Below, piece by piece: positions 10,625-20,600 of a DNA stretch of 64,000 nucleotides; positions within the stretch are counted from its first letter, which is position 1, and each line of letters begins with the position of its first letter. Under the pieces are notes generated by a model, which ran no database searches, was not told where the DNA came from, and saw only the letters and a list, made by a program, of their open reading frames with translations. Source of the DNA: Histomonas meleagridis 2922-C6/04-290x (Eukaryota > Protista > Parabasalia). Position numbers and translations under genes: made by a program. The stretch is taken from positions 248,001 through 312,000 of the forward strand of contig JAANOX010000153.1 of NCBI GenBank assembly GCA_020184695.1, read 5' to 3'.

Positions 10625-11226
10625 AGAGAATATTTTCACTCAACTTTTTCAATATTTTAAATCAACTTTTTCAATAATTTTAATGAAAGAAAAAACACAT
10701 TTTTATCAATAATGATGAAAGAACAACAAAAAAACGCTTATTACTCCAATACGAATCAATACAAGCGAAATTTAAATGGCAAAAATTATATAATTTATAA
10801 AGAAAAAAGCAGTTTGAAATATCAAAAACTGCCACAAAACGGTCGTTCAAATGACACGGTCTTCACTTTAAAGTCAAATTGTACAATAGCAATAAAATTA
10901 ACATCCTTTTTTAAGAATAATCTAAAAATTTAATGAAAATATTATTGCTTTTGAAAATTGTTCAAGAATATTCTCACATCACTTTAAAATATATACCAAA
11001 AACCATTTTATATAACGTTGGAAGAGTTAAATCCAATAACTTGAGAATTTTCCTATTCGGAGTGGGGAATGTTGATGAAATATTACCATATAATTAAAAT
11101 ATATTTAGATATAAATAAATCTAATTTCTTTTTGATTTTTTTATTTGCAATAATGTGAACCACCACAAAAAATAAGAAAAGTGCAATATTTGAAAGGAAA
11201 CCGGTTTTCTAATGCGTTAATGTTTC

Positions 11227-14200
11227 ATGGAGTATGAACCAGAGAAAATCAATGAAAAATTATATATGCAATATCTAAAAAATATTCAAAATATAATCCA
11301 GAACATAAATGAAGATAATATTAACAAAACAGTTGATGAATTATTGGGTTTATATAATGATTCCCTTTTTTCTTTTAATATAATCATCATTCGACAAATA
11401 TATTCATCGTATATTTCGCAACATAAAAACATTAATATCTATCTTCAATTTCTACAATTAATTGAAGCAAAAGAAAAAGAAGTTAAACACAAAATAACTA
11501 ATGTTTTTACATTTTATATGCTTAGTTTGAATTCTCAAGAATCGAATTATATCTTAGAAAACATGATTAATCAAAAAATGATTGATAAGAATTTTGTAAA
11601 GAGAAAGAAATCTTTGTATTTTATACATTACAACACAAAAGAAGAAATTAATGATTTTCGAATTTTTGGTAAATTTACAAAAGAATTCTCTAAAAATATT
11701 AAAAAACTTTCAAATAATGATTGGGAACTTCATAAACAATTAATTAAAGAAGGACGTAATACCAATGAAATTGCTAAAATAATTCGAAATGATGAAATAG
11801 AAAAACTTCAAGAAATATCATCACAAACAAATTTTGATTTTAACCAAACAATCGAACCATCGCTTTATGAAATATGTTCATTTATTAATAAAGAAAATGT
11901 TACATTAATCGATTATGCAGCATTTTTCGGATCAGTTAAATGTTTTAAATTCTTGATGTTAAACTATTCTAAATTAACAAATACATGTAAATATGCAATT
12001 GCAGGTGGAAACTTAGAAATTTTTCATTTATGTGAGAAAAATAATAAATATTTTACTGGAGCATATGAATCAGCAATTGAATTTCATCGAAATGATATTT
12101 TTCGTTATTTATATGAAAACAAAATTTGTATTCCTAAAGATGTAACTAATTTAGGTAAATTATGTATATTATATAATAATTATGAAGTTTTATCATTTTT
12201 AGAAGATAAAATCGAATTAAATCCAATATTAAATGAAACAGCAAAAGTCGGAAATATTTTTTTATTTAAATATTTTCTGAATGTAAGTAATCAAATACCA
12301 AAAAATATTTTAATTTCGGCTTCTTTTTCTGGAAATTATGAACTTGTAAAATTTATACTTGAAGAAAAAATAAATGAAATTGATATTAAAAATCTTTGTT
12401 TTGAGTTTAAATTTTTTTCGTTGTTTTGATATTTTTATATAATATTAGGAGTTTATTTATTTAAGAAATTAAAGCAATTATGATTGCTTATGATAATGGT
12501 TTTGCTGATATAGTTAAACTTCTTCTTGAGCAAAAATGTTTTGATATCAATAATTTAAGTGATTGTTTTTAATTTCCAATATTTGTTTTATTTAGTTGAA
12601 AATTATTTTGACTTTTTCGTAGAGCAATTATACATGCAGCTAAAAATGGTTATATAGAAATAATTAAGTTATTTTATGAATTAAAAGAAATTGATTCTAA
12701 TATTAAAAAAATTAGTTTATTATATAAAATGTTTTTTGTAATAAATTTGGGTTTCAATATAATATTCGGAATATAATTAAATTATTTAATATAGCATTAA
12801 TGAGGGCATCTGAAAATGGATATATTGAAATTGTAAAATATCTTCTTGAGCAAAAAGAAATTGATATTAATGAGAGAGATGATTCATTATTTAATATAAA
12901 ATTTGTTTTAAATTTTTCGTTCATTAAAACAATATTTGGTATTTATATAATATATATAATACTGCTCTAATTTATGCAGTAGAAAAAGGAAATTTCGAAA
13001 TAGTTAAATTATTTCTTGAAGTTAAAGATATTGATATTAATATTAAAACTGTTTTAATATTAAATTTAAAATCATTTTTAGAAAATATTTAATATTTCAA
13101 ATATATTTGATACAGCACTTATGTGTGCTTCTAAAAATGGTCATGTTAATTGTGTTAAATTACTTCTTGAACAAAAAGGAATTGATATCAATGCTCAAAA
13201 TGTATTTTTGTTTGATTCAAAATTAATTTCACTAATTTTATATTTCATAATAACATTTGGTAATACTTTAAATTATTTAAGACAGCACTTATTTTAGCAT
13301 CTGAAAATGGTCACATAGAAATTGTTAAATTACTTCTTGAACAAGAAGAAACAGATGTTAATGTAAAAGATATTTATTTGTTTTATTTGAAATTTATTTA
13401 AATAATTTAATATTTTAAAATAATGTTTGTAATTTTATAATATTATATGTGTCATCACTTATGGTTGCATCTAAATTTAATTACATAAAAATTGTTAAAT
13501 TACTTTTGGAACAAAATGCAATTGAGATCAATGCCAAAGATGTTTATTTATTTGTTTTTGTATTTTTGCTATTAATTTTTTGTATCAATAAAATATTAGG
13601 GGTTTCTTTAAATTCTTTGAAACAGCATTAATGATTGCATCAAAAAATGGTCATGTTGAAATCACTAAATTATTATTGGAACAAAAAGGAATCGATATAA
13701 ATGAAAAAGATGTTTTTTAATTTGTTTCAAATTATCATTAAAATATTTTCTTTTTGTAAATAATATTTAAAACTTGCTTAAAAATTTTAAAACATCATTA
13801 ATTGTCGCTACTATAAATAATCAAATAGAAATTATTAAATTATTTCTTAGGAAAGAAAAAATTGATATAAACGCAAGAGATATATATTTCTTGTAATTGA
13901 TATATCTTTTCTTGTTATAATATTTTTATATAATATATAAATTTTATTTTAATTATTTAATACAGCTCTAATAATTGCATCAAAAGAAGGATATTATGAG
14001 ATTGTTCAACTACTTTTGAAACATGAAAAAATTGCGATTAATGCTCGAGGTATTGTTTTATTATATTAAAAATTTTTTCTTAAAATTTTTTATTTTAAAT
14101 TAAATTTTAAATTTTGTTCAAGATATTTGAAACAGCACTAATGTTTGCATTTGATAACAATCACATTGAAATAGTTAAATTACTTCTTAGGCAAAAGGGA

Positions 14201-14968
14201 ATTGATTTAAATGCTAAAAATATTAAATTATTTAATTTAAGGTTATTATAAAATATTTTATATTTGTGAATATTATTTGGAATTTATTCATAATATATCA
14301 AACAATTCTTATTAAAGCTTCTTGGAATGAATCAATTGATATCGTTAAATTACTTCTTATTCAAGAAGGGATTGATATTAATGCTAAAGATATATATTTA
14401 TTTGAATTAATGTTAATTTTAATTATTTAATGTATAATAATCAAATTTGGAGTTAATTTAATTTATAAAGAACAGCTCTTATTTGGGCTTCGCTTAAAGA
14501 TTTTACAGAAATTGTTAAATTACTTCTTGAACAAAAAGAAATAGATGTAAATGATAAAGATGTTTTTTTATAATATTTAAAGTTTAAATTGAAAATTTTA
14601 TGTCTCAAAAAAAAAATTTGGAGTTTATTTAACTTATATAAAACGGCACTAATTATTGCAGCCTCAAATGGAAATATTCAAATTGTTAAATACTTACTCC
14701 AGCAAAAAATTGATACCAATTTAAAGGATGTTTTCTTGTGACATAAGAAATTTGTTATAAAGATTTGATGCGTTTAAAAAACATTTGGAATTTAAGTGAT
14801 TAATTTAAAACAGCACTTCTTTTCGCAACAAACAAAGGTCATAATGAAATAGTTAAATTACTTAATAGGAAAAATGAAGTATCACTTACAAAAGCATCCA
14901 AAGATAGTTCCACTGATACAGATAACTTCTTGCATGCAAAAGATAATTCGAGATGTATTCATTGCTAA
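11227..14968 (+). CDS. Ankyrin-repeat protein (DUF3447-like N-terminus plus ~15 ankyrin repeats), ~917 aa after removal of 58 short elements
   Basis: Continuous ORF to ~12390, then 15 stop-free segments (13 of 30 codons, one of 29, a final one of 52 ending TAA at 14966-14968), each starting TAL-like and all but the last ending ..DINxKD-like. Spacers of 80/60/61/81 nt decode to x-x-G-x linkers. Confidence 0.8.
12391..14809 (+). other. Array of 58 fixed-length (17-nt) non-GT-AG intervening elements separated by single-codon micro-exons
   Basis: 15 spacers, each n x (17+3) nt. 47/58 elements start AT or GT, 39/58 end TT, none ends AG. The third rescued codon is GGN in 9 of 13 four-module spacers. 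Confidence 0.88.
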
Positions 14969-15388
14969 AAATAAATTTCTACTTAAAATATTTGATATTT
15001 TAACATAATTATAAAATTCTAATAAAACAAATATACTTATATGTTATTATTTTATGCCAAGATAACGTAATTAATGAATATATTAATGTTATCTTTTGAT
15101 ATTTTAAATGAAAATAAAATATGTTTAATATAGAAAAATGCTTGAAAAAATTATAATTTTGAAAGATAAAAGAAAAGACCAAAAACATGAGCGGGTCGTC
15201 ATCAGATACTTTCCTAAATGGGCATCAGCTAGCCGATAGACAAAATATTGGATCAGAATCCTCTCCCAGTAATGCTCCAAGGAAATATTCGCTTCTTCTT
15301 CCATAATATTGTTATATAACAATCATAAATATCAAATCTTTGATTCATACAAACTTCATTTCAAACATTCTAAACACATCTTTATTAA

Positions 15389-16996
15389 TCACATTATCAT
15401 ATTCTCTTTTATAAATTCCGAGTGGTGGAATTTTATCTTATCAATATCTCCTCTCGATTTCGTACTCTCATTTACGAAGCATTCGGGGATATATCCGCAT
15501 TTATTTCTATAGTAGCAATAAATGTCGCTCACCAATTCACTTGTTTCCACCTTTTTAATTTCCTTAAACTCATCATCACTGGCGTGCCCCAAACCGTCGG
15601 CCAAATCCATATACCCTTTAAACGGTCGATACACGCTTAACGTTCCGCACTCCAACTTAGCGGTTACTGACATTGCGATGTCTTCTCCGTGCGTGAAGTC
15701 TTGGGGCCTAATTCTTGCCGATATTTTTGAGTGTAATGTTCTATACATTATTGGTGATGCCACGTGATCATTACCTTTACAACCCTTAATTTTATTTTTA
15801 TTGTTATTATTACAATTTGATAATAAATGAGTGTATTTATAAGTGCCAATTATTATGTTCTTATTCTTTGATCGATTTACGTAATTATAATTAAAGTTCT
15901 TGTTGAATGGACAATGGTCATCATCATAACGCATGATAAAGTCAACAGGTATCATGCCGGAGATATAAGTCGGAAACATAAACATCGGACTCCAGTTATA
16001 ACACCAAATGTGATGAACATTCGAAAATTTCGTCTTGATTTTGGTTAAATTTAAGCGAAATCGATTTTCACATTGAACTAAAACGTAATATTTAGGTAAC
16101 AATGTTTGGTTCTCATAACATGTGTCCATATATTTATAAATGTATTGACGTTTGAACAATGGTAATAACACTGCAAATGAATTTTCATTTGTGTTGTTAA
16201 CATTTGGACATTTTTGATATGATATACTTTGATATCCTTTAATGTAATTATAATTAATATTAGGCTTCATTTGTTGGTATGAATTCCAGATGACTTTTAA
16301 CGATTTGCTCCGTATTAGTGATATGGCTAACAACGGAGGAATCGATAAATAAGTAGAATTCGTATAATATAATAATTCACGAACTAAATCAGATGAGATG
16401 ATACTTGGACCAATCCCTACTTTTTGGCCGCGAAATTCCGTAAAGCCCCCAAAAAGTATATCGGCGTGTTTCTTTTGGATGCGGCTGAGGGATTCTTCGA
16501 TCCATTCTGTGGATGGTAATGATTTGACTTCTGTGCTGTTGACGTATAACACATATTTGGGCATGGTAAGTGCGTATATTGAGGCTTGAAGTGATAAGTA
16601 GCCAGAATCTGGAAAAGTTGTATATATTACTCGAGTGTTATTATATGTGTTAGAAAGCATAGAAAGATCACGCACAATAGCATAGCGTTGTTGAATGGCG
16701 CATGTTGAAAGATCGTTGTAGGAATTTAAAGGCATATTTTCATTAAGATCAAACGTTATGGATAAAGTACAATTTGTCTTAATTGAAACATTATTGGTTG
16801 TTGTTGTGCTCTCCGCTGTTGGGATTTGAGGGTTCATGTATGCGGCGTTGTTGAATGTAATGATAAATGTAATAATTGTAATTGGAAATATAAACTTGAA
16901 GTACTTCCAGGCTCGAACAAAAGGTTGAGTACGAGAAAGATATGAAAACCAGTTCCCACCTTCCCGATTTTGAAACCGAGGTGGAAGATCACCCAT
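15389..16996 (-). CDS. Putative type II membrane glycosyltransferase (GT-A-like)
   Basis: N-terminal TM (FIFPITIITFIITF), Thr/Asn stem, C-terminal domain AVLLPLFKR...FIMRYDDD...EDIAMS with DxD-type motif; first plausible ATG at 16996. Confidence 0.5.
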   Translation of the reverse strand: MGDLPPRFQNREGGNWFSYLSRTQPFVRAWKYFKFIFPITIITFIITFNNAAYMNPQIPTAESTTTTNNVSIKTNCTLSITFDLNENMPLNSYNDLSTCAIQQRYAIVRDLSMLSNTYNNTRVIYTTFPDSGYLSLQASIYALTMPKYVLYVNSTEVKSLPSTEWIEESLSRIQKKHADILFGGFTEFRGQKVGIGPSIISSDLVRELLYYTNSTYLSIPPLLAISLIRSKSLKVIWNSYQQMKPNINYNYIKGYQSISYQKCPNVNNTNENSFAVLLPLFKRQYIYKYMDTCYENQTLLPKYYVLVQCENRFRLNLTKIKTKFSNVHHIWCYNWSPMFMFPTYISGMIPVDFIMRYDDDHCPFNKNFNYNYVNRSKNKNIIIGTYKYTHLLSNCNNNNKNKIKGCKGNDHVASPIMYRTLHSKISARIRPQDFTHGEDIAMSVTAKLECGTLSVYRPFKGYMDLADGLGHASDDEFKEIKKVETSELVSDIYCYYRNKCGYIPECFVNESTKSRGDIDKIKFHHSEFIKENMIM

Positions 16997-17665
16997 TTGA
17001 AAGCAGCACTTCACTTCCACTTGAATTTGAGTCGCAATTGATTTTTGAATGGTTTAGCACCCTTAAGGGTGCCCCATTCTGTCGGAATAAAGCTTTATTC
17101 TCCAAAAATGAGATGTAAGAGAGCATTTGAAGAGTGATCTCTTTTAATGATGGTGCGCCAGGTGATTTTTTATTCATAAACTTATTTATTGAGAAGATTG
17201 TGAGTCGAATAATCTTTTATTGAAATATTCTATTTTTAAATATATAACTCAACAAAGATAGTTAAACAAATTTATTTCCACATGTAAAAATATTCAATAT
17301 ATCTAATATAAATGAATGTAGAAAAAAAATCATGTTCTTTCAATAATGAACGCTTTTGGTATTTGGGATACCCTGCCGTTGTATGTTATATTCAATTTTT
17401 GTATGCGAAACGATTATTTCCCGCTCATTGCATCCAGAATCAAAAAAATAAAATGAGATATCATATACGATGAATTTATTTAAAATATAGCGTGCAATTC
17501 ATTAACAATCTTAAATAAAAGCAATTGGACACATAGTTTTTCAAAAAGTAATCAAACCAAGCCCATTTGAGCTGCGATTCTGTTTGAAAAAGTGTACCGT
17601 CATCGGCCAGACATGTTATTTTTCTGTGTCTTTTCAAAATTGAATGAAATTAACCTTCAAGAAAA

Positions 17666-20600
17666 ATGTCAACATTCGTCTGTTTTGCTGAAAGCAAGTC
17701 TACAACAATATCTTACAAATACGAGGAAATAAAGGGATGTAACACATCGCAGTTAACAGAAAAATTTAAGATATCGCAAAAAATTTTAGCAATTCATACT
17801 CCATTTTTCATTTCAGCATTACAGTCAGATATCATACCCGTTGAAGAATATCCAAAGCTTGAAGTTAATAAAAGATATTCAAAATATGATCGACCAGAAT
17901 ATTTTTTAACAACTCTTCTTGAATCTGAAAAACAAACAGAATCAATTTTAGTAACACCGAAAAATCAAACTACTCTACAAATACCAGCATTTTATGTAGC
18001 TTTTAACTTAGTTAAGTTTGAAAATCTTACTGCTCAAGATGTCAAACAGCAAATTATTGATTCTTTAGGTTTTTCTGTTCATGATGCAAATATCACCATC
18101 GATGACGAACAAATTCCAAATGACACAAATGCAACTAAACTCATAGAAAGAGCAAAAAAAGGAAATCTTATTATCAATTTTGAAATCAATGATTCAACAC
18201 AAAAGAAGCTCAACAAAAGACAGCACATTGTTGAAGAAATAATGTCGACAGAACAAACATACATCAATGATCTAACCACAATAAATGATTTATTTATGCC
18301 AAAAATATCACCAATACTCAACAACGACGACAGAACTCTTATCTTTCGAGATATTCCTGGAATTCTTGCATGTCACAACCAGTTTTTATCTGGACTCAAG
18401 GAAAATGGAACATCGTATTCGTCACAACTTGCAACAACATTTCTCGACTTTTCGAAGTTTTTTGGAGTAAGCCAGAACTATATATCAAATTTCACCGCAA
18501 TTGACAATAAAGTATCGCAATATAATAAGAATCCCAAATTTGCCAAAGTATTGACTGAAGTATCAAGTCTAGTTAACAATAGAGACTTACAATCGTATTT
18601 GATCACTCCCATTCAGCGTATGCCTCGTTATGTCCTTTTCCTTCGTGATCTTTTGAAAGCCACTCCTATTTCACATCCAGATTATGAGCTTCTTACACTT
18701 GCCATGACCAAAATCGAAGAAGTCACAAGGCACATGGATTCTTCTACTGCTTTTAACAGATTACAATCTACTCTTTTTCCAATCCAGAAATCGATTTCGA
18801 ACAACTTTGTTTTTCTTGATGTCCAACGGGAACTTATTTCCGAAACCGACATTACAATCGGAAAGAACAAGCTCCGTCCAGGTAAACTTTATCTGATGAA
18901 CACTTTAATTCTTCTTCTTCAGACCGTTGACAAAAAAGAAACCAAAGCACTTTTTGATAGCAACATTCAAAAATTTCAATACCAGTATCAATTTCCACGG
19001 TTATTCTCCATCGTTGTTGATTCAACACAAAAACCGTATGCTCCCAAAAAAAGACTTAAATCAACCACAAAATTTGTAATTAATTTCCAATCGGAAACAG
19101 ACGAAGACGCATTTTTTGATAATTTATCCAAACTTCAACAAAATCTTCGGAAACAACTCTCACATGAAAACAAATATATCTTCGAATGGAAGTCACTTAA
19201 ACTTAAATGTCCATTTCCAGGGTTTACATTACCAAAATGTTTAACGATATCCGATGATGTTTATATTCTTTCACAACGTAAAACGAAAATCGACATGTTT
19301 CAAATTAATATCAAAAATAGCGAAATGAAATATTCGGAAATTACTATTTCGCAATATAAAAGCCCATTTTTCTTTAATGCTTCTAATGATTTATTCATAT
19401 TTAATTATGATTCATTGTACAGGTTCCATGTTGCTGATAAGAAGTTCCATAAAGTTAATTTGGATAAAGTAATAAGTGGTCGAATCGATTATGCTGCGAC
19501 ATATTATCATCGAAAGTTATATATTTTTGGTGGTAAGCAAGATCGAAAGTTTTTAGACGAGTTAATTATCATCGACTTGAAAACTATTAAAGAAAACACC
19601 GCAAAAGTTTCGGTGATTTCTGCATCACAAAATTCGCCTTCTGCACGATGTAAAAGTTCAATATTTGCATCCAAAAACAAATTATATGTTTACGGTGGAA
19701 AGAACTCAAATTGTTGCTTAAATTCTGTACATGTTATGGATTTGAAGAATAACTGTTGGAACATTATACAAATCCCTGAATTACCTCAAAGAAAACGACA
19801 TAAAGTTCTCATTTTGAACAAATTCGCTTTAATTATCGGCGGCAAACCGAACGTTACACAATTGTTGGATTTGTCAAAGAACGAAGTATTCAATTGCTCT
19901 GAATTCGGTAACGTCCCCGATAGCATGTCAGATTTTGACGTCTGTTTCAATGGGATTTCAATTGTGGCGGTTACGCCCACAAATTTGTATGTAATTGAAT
20001 TGCCAAAAATTATTAGGAAAACGCTCGATAAAGATGACGAATCTGAACATAACCCATTGAAAAGAAAAAGAAGAAAAACTCAAAAACAAAGAAGAGCTGA
20101 TAGGAAATCGGTCGACGATGTGTCATTTAATTCATTGGATTATAGTCAAACAGACACTGATCTGAATGAGTCCGACAGCTATTTGTTGGATGAACTTCAG
20201 CCACCATCGATGGTGGAAATATATGAAAATAAAGTTAATCGTGGAAAAGAAAACGAAGGAACAAGAAAAGAAGAAGTTAAAGAAGAAGAAACTAAAGAAG
20301 AAGTTAAAGAAGAAACAGTAGTTAAGGAAGAAGTTAAAGAAGAAGTTAAAGAAGAAACTAAAGAAGAAGTTAAAGAAGAAACTAAAGAAGAAGTTAAAGA
20401 AGAAGTCAAGGTAGCAGAAACTAAAGAAGAAGTTAAAGAAGAAACTAAAGAAGAAGTTAAAGAAGAAACTAAAGAAGAAGTTAAAGAAGAAACTAAAGAA
20501 GAAGTTAAAGAAGAAGTCAAGGTAGCAGAAACTAAAGAAGAAGTTAAAGAAGAAACTAAAGAAGAAGTTAAGGAAGAAACTAAAGAAGAAGTTAAAGAAG

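Noticed and set aside
12430-14809. Ankyrin region as an ordinary decayed pseudogene
   Set aside because: All 15 coding segments are stop-free and in-frame internally, spacer lengths are quantised, and decoded linkers match the ankyrin consensus; random decay would not produce this.
12391-14809. Spacers as single canonical GT-AG introns of ~80 nt
   Set aside because: Only the 13202-13281 spacer has GT...AG ends. Whole removal would delete the x-x-G-x linker, and it would not explain the conserved GGN codon 20 nt before each TAL.
12391-14809. T4 gene 60/byp-style ribosomal bypassing as the mechanism
   Set aside because: Take-off and landing codons do not match (e.g. GAT to AAT, AAT to GGA), there are no conserved hairpins, and 58 sequential hops would give negligible yield. 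Considered unlikely but not formally excluded.
12471-14809. CRISPR-like repeat-spacer array
   Set aside because: The recurring units are diverged protein-coding ankyrin segments, not identical direct repeats; eukaryotic context, no cas genes.
17340-17620. Slightly GC-richer intergenic patches as possible ncRNA
   Set aside because: No recognisable snRNA/snoRNA motifs or convincing fold by eye; would need an Infernal/Rfam search.
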